A DNA stretch of 64,000 nt, from contig CAMMDQ010000003.1 in NCBI GenBank assembly GCA_946495675.1, positions 453-64,452 on the forward strand. The letters are read 5' to 3'. The notes under the pieces are model-generated. The model ran no database searches, had not been told where the DNA came from, and was given only the letters and a program-made list of their open reading frames with translations. The position numbers and the translations under genes were made by a program. The stretch is from an uncultured Bacillota bacterium (GTDB lineage Bacteria; Bacillota; Clostridia; Christensenellales; UBA1242). Shown here piece by piece: positions 39,553 through 47,483 of this stretch (its first letter is position 1; each line of letters opens with the position of its first letter).

Positions 39553-40329
39553 ATGAAATTAAAAGAACTAAGAACAAAATTTAAAATTTCACAAACAGAA
39601 CTTGCAAAACAAGTTAACATTTCTCAAAAAAGCATATCAAATTACGAAAATGGTATTTCAGATCCAGACATAAGAACATTAAAACAATTAGCTGATTATT
39701 TTCATATAACAGTAGATGATTTAATAGACCACAAATTTTCTTACTTTATTAATAAAAATGTTTTAACAGAAAACAAAAGTATAAAAATAAAACTTAAAGA
39801 ATTAAGATTAAAAAACAATCTAACACAAGAAGATGTTGCAAAAAAAATCAATAAATCAGCAGTGGCCTATGGCTACTATGAATCAGGAAGAAATGAACCA
39901 GACATACAAACTTTAATAAAGCTTGCAAATTTTTATAATATAACAATAGATTACCTTGTTGGAAATGAAATTCCTTATTTTAGTAATAAAAATGATTACA
40001 CGAAAAATAGGAATATAAAACTTAAAGAACTAAGACTTAAACATGAAAAAACACAACAAGAAATAGCCAAAGATTTAAATTTAACTCAAAACACATATTC
40101 AAACTATGAAAAAGGAAAAACAACTCCGGACATACAAACTTTAATTAAAATTGCAGATTATTTTCACGTAACAGTGGACTATTTAATAGGACATGAGGTT
40201 CCTTATCTAATTGATAAAAGCTATTATATTGCTGAACAACAAATATTACTCGACGAAATCGCAACTTTAGACAAAGAAAAATGTAAACTAACAAAAGCAT
40301 ATATAGATGGACTTAATACAAAAAAATAA
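39553..40329 (+). CDS. triple-HTH Xre-family protein (three HTH_3 modules in one chain)
   Basis: Three repeats of LKELR...TQ.E.AK......S.YE.G...PDI.TL..LA..Y.ITVDYL at about residues 1-60, 80-140 and 155-215. Confidence 0.85.
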   Translation: MKLKELRTKFKISQTELAKQVNISQKSISNYENGISDPDIRTLKQLADYFHITVDDLIDHKFSYFINKNVLTENKSIKIKLKELRLKNNLTQEDVAKKINKSAVAYGYYESGRNEPDIQTLIKLANFYNITIDYLVGNEIPYFSNKNDYTKNRNIKLKELRLKHEKTQQEIAKDLNLTQNTYSNYEKGKTTPDIQTLIKIADYFHVTVDYLIGHEVPYLIDKSYYIAEQQILLDEIATLDKEKCKLTKAYIDGLNTKK

Positions 40330-40556
40330 AAAAAATACAAAGGAGAAAAAAAAACAAATGATAACTTTATATGAATATATAAAAACACAATGACGAAATC
40401 AAAAAGCATACAGAATGTATCGAAACAGCAATAGACACATATTTTAAAACCAAAAACCCTTATAGCTATAATAATGAAAAATATGAAAATGCTGAAAAAG
40501 GGGAAATAATTGACTTTAAAACAAAAAATAACAATATTATTCCTAAAAACGAAGAT

Positions 40557-41555
40557 ATGATTTATAACATTTATAAAGGAATAAAAATAACCAAACGAAA
40601 AGACAATCGTTGGCAAGCTAGATTTTCAATTAATGGCGAAAGAAAATATATTTATGGCAATACACAAAAAGAATGTTTTGAAAACTTAAAACAAACTTTT
40701 GAAATCAAACAAGTAAAAATTGAAAAAACTGTAAGCTTTTATGAATACTGGAACTGGTGGTATAAAAATCACAAAGAACCTTTTTACAAAGAAGGGACTT
40801 TAAAAAATTACAGAAGTGTATTCAACAATCAAATAAAACCAAATTTTCCAGATAAAAACATAAAACAAATTACAGCTCTTGAAATCAATAATTTTTTAAA
40901 CAAGATGCCAAACACGCGAATGAAAGAATATACTTATCAATTTTTAAAAGAATGTTTCAAACAAGCATATAAAGATAAAAAAGTAAAATTTGATATTTCT
41001 GATGATATAAAGAAGTATCATCATAAACGAAAAGAAGGCACAGCACTTTCAGTCGAACAAAGAAAAACAATTATTGAAAAAGCAGAAAATACTATCTATG
41101 ACATTTTTATCTTTTATCTATTTACTGGATGCAGACCAAAAGAAGCTCTGATCATAAAGGCAAATGATTTTGAAGATGAGCTGCTGCACATAAGAGGAAC
41201 AAAAACAGCAGGTTCTGACAGATGGATTCCAGTTTTTGAACCTATAAAAAAGATATATGAAAAATATAAAAATTTAAAAACTGAAACTCTTTTCGGAATA
41301 TCTGATACAACACTAAAAAGAAGACTTGCAGATTTCAAAAAAATATGTGGATTTGATTTCAAAACAAAAGATTTAAGAACAACCTTTGCAACAATGTGCG
41401 CTGAAAAAGGTATTGCACCAAGAATAATTGCAAAATGGTTGGGACACACAACAACTCAAACAACTAATAAATATTACATAAAAGTTCTAGACAACTTTGA
41501 AAAAGAGCAGATAAAACTACTTGACACCACTTTTGACACCACAAAAAAGGTATAA
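40557..41555 (+). CDS. int: tyrosine recombinase / phage integrase
   Basis: N-terminal arm/core-binding pattern (RKDNRWQARFSINGERKYIYG) and catalytic-domain motifs LFTGCRPKEAL, IRGTKTAGSDRWIPV, KDLRTTFAT and LGHTTTQTTNKYY. Confidence 0.9.
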   Translation: MIYNIYKGIKITKRKDNRWQARFSINGERKYIYGNTQKECFENLKQTFEIKQVKIEKTVSFYEYWNWWYKNHKEPFYKEGTLKNYRSVFNNQIKPNFPDKNIKQITALEINNFLNKMPNTRMKEYTYQFLKECFKQAYKDKKVKFDISDDIKKYHHKRKEGTALSVEQRKTIIEKAENTIYDIFIFYLFTGCRPKEALIIKANDFEDELLHIRGTKTAGSDRWIPVFEPIKKIYEKYKNLKTETLFGISDTTLKRRLADFKKICGFDFKTKDLRTTFATMCAEKGIAPRIIAKWLGHTTTQTTNKYYIKVLDNFEKEQIKLLDTTFDTTKKV

Positions 41556-41656
41556 ATTTAGGTAAATAAAAAAGTGCAACACAATATTTTGTGTTACACT
41601 TTAAACAAAATACCATATATATTGTAAAAACACAATAGAGCAAATGCTTTGCATTT

Positions 41657-41842
41657 CTCATAACCCGAAGGTCGTTGGTTCAAATCCAACTCCCGCAACC
41701 AGTATAAACAAAGGGATGTAGCGATTTTACCGCCTTCAAAAATTGTGTTTTGACACCAATTTTGACACCAGAAAGGAGGTATAAAATTAGGTAATAGTAT
41801 TGTTATTTTCCCTTAAAGACCAATAAAATGTTGGTCTTTTTT
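41657..41842 (+). repeat. attR: 186-bp direct repeat (partial tRNA-fMet 3' half plus trailer)
   Basis: Identical to 27874..28059. Weaker similarity continues for about 18 bp further on both sides. Confidence 0.9.
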
Positions 41843-41890
41843 TATTCAACCTTTTTAAAAAAATAACTAGAGCTGTTCACTCTAGTTATT

Positions 41891-43684
41891 TTAATTTAAG
41901 TTTTCTGCATAAAACATATTTTTAAATTTTGCGTTGTTTTCAAACAACTCTTCAAAGGTGCCTATGTCTTCGATTTTCCCATTTTCAAGGAAGAAAATTT
42001 GGTCAACATTTCTTATGGTTGAAAGACGGTGTGCAACGATCACGACTGTGCTTTTTCCTTTCAAGCCATCAATTGATTTTTTGACTTCTTCTTGCGCAAA
42101 GTTGTCAAGAGAGCTTGTGCTTTCATCAAAAATTATGATAGGGCTGTTTCTTAAAAAAGCTCTAGCGATTGCAAGACGCTGTTTTTGTCCACCTGAAAGT
42201 TTGATGCCACTTTCACCAACTTTTGTGTCAATTCCCTTTGGAAGCGAAAAGACAAAGTCTTTGAGTGAAGCGTGCTCGATTGCATCCCACAATTCTTGGT
42301 CGGTTGCATCTTGCTTTGCAAGCAACAAGTTGTCTTTTATTGTCATGTCGAAGATGTAAGGAAATTGGTTTACAAGGCTGATAGCTTTTCTTAGCGACTG
42401 CTTGTCAAAATCATTGATATTCACATTATCAATCAATATTTTCCCGCTGTCAACTTCATACATTTTGCTCATAAGATTTAAGATGGTTGATTTTCCGCTT
42501 CCACTTTTTCCAACAAAAGCAACAGTTGTGTTCGGCTTTATCTTAAATGACAATTTTTTAAATATTTGATTTTCACTTACAAGTTTTCGTTCTGGTTTTT
42601 CTTTCTTTTTTGATTTTTTGTTTAAAGGCACAGATTCATATTCTCTGAATGTAAACGAAACATTTCTAAATTCAATTTTGCCTGTTACATTTTCAACTTT
42701 CGTGTTGCCAAATTTTTCACAAACAAATTCACGGTTATCAAAAAGGCCAAACATTCTGTCGGTGCAAACCCTGATGTCTGCCCAAGCATTTACAATCATG
42801 CCGATTCCCCATACAAACTGATAAAGCGAGCCGTTGTTGGAATAAAGGATCATAAACGCGGCAAGAGTGAGCAGACCAAGGTCTATGAAATAAATCCCCA
42901 TAATCAGAATTGCAATTGTGCCAAGCTCAATCATCAGATTTCTTGAGCTCCAAAAACTTGTATCTATAATTTCTGCTTTATAGCTGATTTTTTTGTAATT
43001 TTCGTAAGCAGTTTTTGAAATTTGACTTAATTTTTGTTCAAGCCCAAGTGATTTGATATCCTTTTCGCTGCGGACGATTTCGGTGGTCAGCGAATTGATA
43101 GTGTCGCTCGCTTTTCGCACCTGCCATTTGTATTTTCTTCTGCTGACTTTGCGTCTGAGCTCAATCACAAGACAAACAGCAAGCAGGGCAACGATTGCAA
43201 GCCCAACATAGACGTTGAGGGTAGTGATGTAAATGACAATGATAAGCGCAGTAATAATGTCAAACAAAACAGCAATTATATCGGCAAGGTGCATAACAAC
43301 TCGTTCAGGGTCGGTAACTATTCGTTGAACAAAAGTGCCAGTGTCATGGTCGGCATAAGTTTTTGAGTTTAATTTAAAAGCTTGCTTTGCAAGGTCAAGA
43401 TTGAGTTCTGACATAATTTTGTTTGCATATTTTTGATATATCACACTTGCCAGATACCAAAATAGGCGTTTGCCAAAAGCCAAAGCCAAAATGATAAGCA
43501 TATTTGTGATTGCTTGGCTGAAATGGCCTAAGGTAACACCTTCAATCGTTGACGCAAGGATGATCGTCATGAATATGCTGCAAACTGACGCTAAAATATA
43601 AGAAAGAATATACAAAAATATACCAAATTTATAGCGTTTTAGATAGGTTGATAAACCTATTTTCTTTTCCTTATTTTTAAGCAT
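41891..43684 (-). CDS. ABC exporter, fused permease/ATPase (MsbA/MdlB type)
   Basis: Six N-terminal TM helices, Walker A GKSGSGKST, signature LSGGQKQR and Walker B IIIFDEST. GGAGG RBS before the ATG at 43684. Confidence 0.9.
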   Translation of the reverse strand: MLKNKEKKIGLSTYLKRYKFGIFLYILSYILASVCSIFMTIILASTIEGVTLGHFSQAITNMLIILALAFGKRLFWYLASVIYQKYANKIMSELNLDLAKQAFKLNSKTYADHDTGTFVQRIVTDPERVVMHLADIIAVLFDIITALIIVIYITTLNVYVGLAIVALLAVCLVIELRRKVSRRKYKWQVRKASDTINSLTTEIVRSEKDIKSLGLEQKLSQISKTAYENYKKISYKAEIIDTSFWSSRNLMIELGTIAILIMGIYFIDLGLLTLAAFMILYSNNGSLYQFVWGIGMIVNAWADIRVCTDRMFGLFDNREFVCEKFGNTKVENVTGKIEFRNVSFTFREYESVPLNKKSKKKEKPERKLVSENQIFKKLSFKIKPNTTVAFVGKSGSGKSTILNLMSKMYEVDSGKILIDNVNINDFDKQSLRKAISLVNQFPYIFDMTIKDNLLLAKQDATDQELWDAIEHASLKDFVFSLPKGIDTKVGESGIKLSGGQKQRLAIARAFLRNSPIIIFDESTSSLDNFAQEEVKKSIDGLKGKSTVVIVAHRLSTIRNVDQIFFLENGKIEDIGTFEELFENNAKFKNMFYAENLN

Positions 43685-43745
43685 AAAAAAAACCTCCATA
43701 AAAATTTGATTATGCCAGGCTAGGTTTATTTAAATGATAATCTAT

Positions 43746-43814
43746 CAAAAAATCAAGGTGGCCAAACACATATTAAGTTTTGAGAAATTGATAACTGTGT
43801 TCATCTTGCCACCT
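43746..43814 (-). promoter_or_regulatory. leader hairpin plus T-run (attenuator-like) upstream of the ABC exporter
   Basis: On the minus strand, AGGTGGC...AACACA...TGTGTT...GCCACCT extended stem followed by TGATTTTTT. It lies downstream of TTGACA (43875..43870). Confidence 0.4.
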
Positions 43815-43922
43815 CATTTTTTAAAATTTTGCGTTCTCTATTATTAAAATATAACAATATTTTACTTTTGTCAACACTTTTTTTAAAAAACAAGGCATAA
43901 AATCCTTGTTTCTTAAGTCGTT

Positions 43923-45608
43923 TTATGGTTTGTAACTGTCTTTCAGCGAAATTGTGCTGTTGAAAATATAATTTTCAGGGGTGCTATCCTTATCCATGCA
44001 ATAGTAACCCTTTCTGATAAATTGAAATTTATCTTCAACCTTAGCCGTTTTCAAAAAGTTTTCTGCAAGAGCCTTTTTTACGATCAAAGAGTTTGGCTCT
44101 AAAATATCTTCAACTTTTGCACCGTCTGCAAGTGCTTTTGCTGGGTGAGTTATTTCGCGTTTAATCAGATTTTTAAATTCTCTGATTGTAATTTCAAAAC
44201 AGTTGTTTTCACTTACAAAATGAATTGTTCCTTTGCATTTTATTCCACTTGTGTCATTTCCACTTTGGCTTTCTTGAATGTATTCACATTCAAGATGATC
44301 AATTTCGCCATTTTCTTTGAAGACGACTTTGTTGCATTTTATGATATATGCCCCTTTAAGTCTTACAATGCCGCCTTCAACCAAGCGGTTGTATTTTGGT
44401 GGTGGATTGAGTGAAAAATCTTCTTTTTCAATGTAAATAACTTTGCCGAATTTAGATTTGTGATAGCCAGCGCTCTCATCATTTGGGTTGTTTTGAATTT
44501 CAAATTCTTCGTCTTCGCCTTGATAGTTTGTTATCACAACTTTTAAAGGATCCAGCACCACCATTGCACGTGTTGCAATTTGGTTGAGATCGGTACGAAC
44601 ATAATATTCAAGTGCAGAGTAAGGTACGGTAACTTCAAGCACGTTGCCCCAACCTACAGATTTAACAAAATCTTTAAGCGCTTTTGCAGTATAGCCACGG
44701 CGCCTTACGCCTACAAGAGTAGGGAAGCGGGGATCATCCCATCCGCTAACAATGCCGTCATTTACAAATTGCTTTAAATAGCGCTTTCCAATCAGCACAT
44801 TCTCGATTGTAAGACGAGAAAACTCTCGTTGTTTTGGTGGATAAGGTTTTTTCCATCCATTTTCAATAAACCACTCATAAAGAGGGCGATGCTCATGAAA
44901 TTCCATTGAGCAAAGGCTGTAAGTTACACCTTCAAGTGCATCTTCAAGCGGATGAGCAAAGTCATACATAGGATAGATGCACCATTTATTGCCAAGGCGA
45001 TAATGTTTTGCTCGCAGTACTCGATACATAACAGGATCGCGCATATTCATATTTGGATGAGCCATATCAATTTTTGCTCGAAGGGTTGCCTTTCCGTCTT
45101 CAAATTTTCCATCTCGCATAGCTCTGAAAAGCTTTAAGTTTTCTTCAGGCGTTCGGTTGCGATATGGGCTTTCTTTGCCAGGCTCGGTCAGAGTTCCTCG
45201 TGTGGCTGAAACTTCATCAGCTGACAGCTCGCAAACATAGGCTTTGCCATCCATAATCATTTGTTCGGCAATTTTGTAAATGTCATCAAAATAAGCTTCG
45301 CTTGCGTATATCAGTTTGTCAGGTTTATACCCCAGCCATGCAAGGTCTTCAAGATAGCTTTCTGCAAATTCGCCTTCTTCTTTTAGCGGATTTGTGTCAT
45401 CCATTCGAAGATATGTTTTTCCGCCAAACTTTTTTGCAGTTTCAAAATCAATTGTCCATGCCTTAACATGAGCAATGTGCCAATATCCGCTTGGTTCTGG
45501 CGGGCAACGAGTGATGACCTCTTTTGTTCTGCCTGCTTTGATGTCGGCAATAATCTCTTCTTCAAGGGCATTTTCTGGTTGAATTTTGTCTATATCGATT
45601 TTGTTCAT
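43923..45608 (-). CDS. glnS: glutamine--tRNA ligase
   Basis: TRCPPEPSGYWHIAHVKA (GlnRS-type HIGH region) and a C-terminal beta-barrel anticodon-binding region. AAGGAG RBS before the ATG at 45608. The track ORF extension to 45698 is leader DNA. Confidence 0.85.
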   Translation of the reverse strand: MNKIDIDKIQPENALEEEIIADIKAGRTKEVITRCPPEPSGYWHIAHVKAWTIDFETAKKFGGKTYLRMDDTNPLKEEGEFAESYLEDLAWLGYKPDKLIYASEAYFDDIYKIAEQMIMDGKAYVCELSADEVSATRGTLTEPGKESPYRNRTPEENLKLFRAMRDGKFEDGKATLRAKIDMAHPNMNMRDPVMYRVLRAKHYRLGNKWCIYPMYDFAHPLEDALEGVTYSLCSMEFHEHRPLYEWFIENGWKKPYPPKQREFSRLTIENVLIGKRYLKQFVNDGIVSGWDDPRFPTLVGVRRRGYTAKALKDFVKSVGWGNVLEVTVPYSALEYYVRTDLNQIATRAMVVLDPLKVVITNYQGEDEEFEIQNNPNDESAGYHKSKFGKVIYIEKEDFSLNPPPKYNRLVEGGIVRLKGAYIIKCNKVVFKENGEIDHLECEYIQESQSGNDTSGIKCKGTIHFVSENNCFEITIREFKNLIKREITHPAKALADGAKVEDILEPNSLIVKKALAENFLKTAKVEDKFQFIRKGYYCMDKDSTPENYIFNSTISLKDSYKP

Positions 45609-45635
45609 TTTTTCTCCTTGTTTTTGGTGTGGTTT

Positions 45636-45716
45636 GCCGCTCCCGCCGCGGCAATTTTTGCCGCAAAGCTTTGCAAGCTTGCCAAATTTGCTTTGCAAAT
45701 TCGGGGCGGGAGCGGC
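45636..45716 (-). other. GC-rich nested-hairpin element in the glnS 5' leader
   Basis: 12-bp outer stem GCCGCTCCCGCC / GGCGGGAGCGGC enclosing a 7-bp hairpin (45648..45664), overlapping palindromes (GCAAAGCTTTGC, GCAAGCTTGC) and a 7-bp hairpin (45685..45701). Confidence 0.45.
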
Positions 45717-45765
45717 GCGAGTTTAACATAATATACCACAAAACTTATTTTATGGGAAATAATTT

Positions 45766-46353
45766 TCAATTATTTTGATTTTTTAAAAAAGAAAGTTTAG
45801 TTTTGATTCTACTTAAGGCATTGTCAACACTTTTTTTTGAAATATTGTTTTGCTGGGCAATTTCGCTGTAGTTGAATCCTTTAAGATAGGAAATTAAGAT
45901 TTTGAGTTCAAGTTGTGAGAGCGATTTCACAATTTGTTTTGTGATGGTTTCAAAATTTTCTTTGTTTTCTACTTTTTCGTCAGGCTTTGGCAGGGGAGAA
46001 GGCAAAACTATTTCAATTTCTTCCTCTTCATCATCAAAGCTATCATTTCTTTCAATTGGCAAAGCGGTGGAAAGCACCATGTTTTTTTCCGAGCTTGCTA
46101 TACGAACAGCCGTTTGAATTTGATTTTTAATGCAAGTGCCAGCATAGGTCATAAAAGATGCCGTTTTGCCCTTTTTGAAAGTTTTGATTGCTTTATACAG
46201 ACCTATCATACCTTCTTGCACCAGGTCTTCAATATCTCCACCTGTCAAAAAATAGCTTCTTGCAATTTTGTTTACAAGCGGCTTATAACTTGAAAGCAAC
46301 TTTTCAATTGCGTTTTCATCTCCATTCTGTGCTTTTTCAATAAGTTCTTCCAT
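45766..46353 (-). CDS. sigH: RNA polymerase sigma factor, SigH-like
   Basis: ARSYFLTGGDIEDLVQEGMIGLYKAIKTF and KKSVDNALSRIKTKL align with B. subtilis SigH regions 2 and 4. rlmB-sigH synteny as in Bacillus. An acidic insertion separates the two regions. Confidence 0.75.
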   Translation of the reverse strand: MEELIEKAQNGDENAIEKLLSSYKPLVNKIARSYFLTGGDIEDLVQEGMIGLYKAIKTFKKGKTASFMTYAGTCIKNQIQTAVRIASSEKNMVLSTALPIERNDSFDDEEEEIEIVLPSPLPKPDEKVENKENFETITKQIVKSLSQLELKILISYLKGFNYSEIAQQNNISKKSVDNALSRIKTKLSFLKNQNN

Positions 46354-47078
46354 TATCTTCCTTCCCGTTGTCTCAAAATTTCAAAAATCACAATACCACA
46401 GGCAACAGATGCATTCAAAGAATTTACCTTACCTTTAAGGGGCAGGGTAATGACTCCGTCGCAGTGCGATTTGACCACGTCTCTGACGCCATGCCCTTCT
46501 GAGCCAATCACAACAGCGATTGGTTTATTAAGATTTTGCTGGTAAATATTTTCTCCGCCAATTTCTGCGGCGTAAACCCACACATCATGCGATTTCAATT
46601 CTTCAATGGCATCTTTGATGTTGCCAACTTTTGCAATAGGCATATTTGCAATTGCACCAGTGCTTGTGCGAATGACAGTTTCATTGACTTGGCAACATCT
46701 GTTTTTGCCGATGACAATGCCATGCACGCCGGCACATTCACAACTTCGGATGATGGCTCCAAAATTATGCGGATCTTCAATGCCGTCAAGAAGGACAACA
46801 AAAGGTTGCTCATTTTTTTCTTTTGCCTTTTCAATTATCTCTTGCACGGTGCAGTAAGAAAAATCGACAACTTGAGCAATAAAACCTTGATGATGATTTG
46901 TAATTGACTTTTTGTCAAGCAAAGCTTTTGGCAAAAATTCAACTTTAATTTTGTTAAGCAACGCAAGATTGACAATTTCATCTTTGCGGTTTTGCAAATT
47001 TTTGTCAATCATAAGCTTGTTGATTGTCATTTTGCTGCCAAGAGCTTCTCTGACAGCATTTCGTCCTTCAATTTGCAT
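46353..47078 (-). CDS. rlmB: 23S rRNA (guanosine-2'-O)-methyltransferase, TrmH/SpoU family
   Basis: SpoU motifs (DGIEDPHNFGAIIRS, VIGSEGHGV, IPLKGKVNSLNASVA-like). Synteny mrnC-rlmB-sigH. Confidence 0.85.
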   Translation of the reverse strand: MQIEGRNAVREALGSKMTINKLMIDKNLQNRKDEIVNLALLNKIKVEFLPKALLDKKSITNHHQGFIAQVVDFSYCTVQEIIEKAKEKNEQPFVVLLDGIEDPHNFGAIIRSCECAGVHGIVIGKNRCCQVNETVIRTSTGAIANMPIAKVGNIKDAIEELKSHDVWVYAAEIGGENIYQQNLNKPIAVVIGSEGHGVRDVVKSHCDGVITLPLKGKVNSLNASVACGIVIFEILRQREGR

Positions 47079-47081
47079 TTT

Positions 47082-47474
47082 TCACTCCTTTTGCATGGAA
47101 ATTTCAAGAAATTGCTCAAGCCTTTGAGTCTCCTTTGATAGATATAAGTAGCCAATCAAAGCCTCAAAAGCAGTTGCTTGAGCATAGTCATGGCTGCTGG
47201 CATTTTTTGCTGAGTGTTTTGGATGAGCATTTCGTGCTCTTCGCACAATATCTTTTTCTTGCTCGTTTAAAAGAGGTTGCAATCTTTCAAGTGCTTGCCT
47301 TTGAGCTGAAGCTTTACAGAAAGAGGCTGCAACAGTATGATAGTTTGTCATTTTATTATCATTTGCTTGCAAAATCTTTTCTCGCACAAACATTGTGTGA
47401 ACGCTGTCACCCAAAAAAGCCAGCGGCAAAAGATTTGTTAAGCAAAGTTTTTGTAAAAGTTGTTGTTTTTCCAT
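47082..47474 (-). CDS. mrnC: mini-ribonuclease III
   Basis: LAFLGDSVHTMFVRE catalytic motif plus ATAFEALIGYLYL. 130 aa. Confidence 0.85.
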   Translation of the reverse strand: MEKQQLLQKLCLTNLLPLAFLGDSVHTMFVREKILQANDNKMTNYHTVAASFCKASAQRQALERLQPLLNEQEKDIVRRARNAHPKHSAKNASSHDYAQATAFEALIGYLYLSKETQRLEQFLEISMQKE

Positions 47475-47483
47475 AAAAAATCC

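Larger units (their letters stand above)
27874..41842. mobile_element. integrated inovirus-like (filamentous ssDNA phage-like) prophage at tRNA-fMet, including both att repeats
   Basis: 186-bp perfect direct repeats at both ends, with a tyrosine integrase next to the right repeat. Also an Xre repressor array, an HUH Rep, a Zot/pI-like ATPase, small TM proteins and hairpin-rich IG regions. No capsid, terminase or tail genes. Confidence 0.75.

Noticed and set aside
38831-40329. Tandem DNA repeats that might be mistaken for a CRISPR-like or satellite array
   Set aside because: The repeats are long (over 100 bp), diverged, in-frame duplications of Xre HTH coding sequence. There are no short direct repeats with unique spacers anywhere in the window.
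40224-40616. 130-aa minus-strand ORF spanning the xre-int junction
   Set aside because: It is antisense to two well-supported genes. Its translation is Phe/Ile-rich low complexity from A-rich DNA, and it has no RBS.
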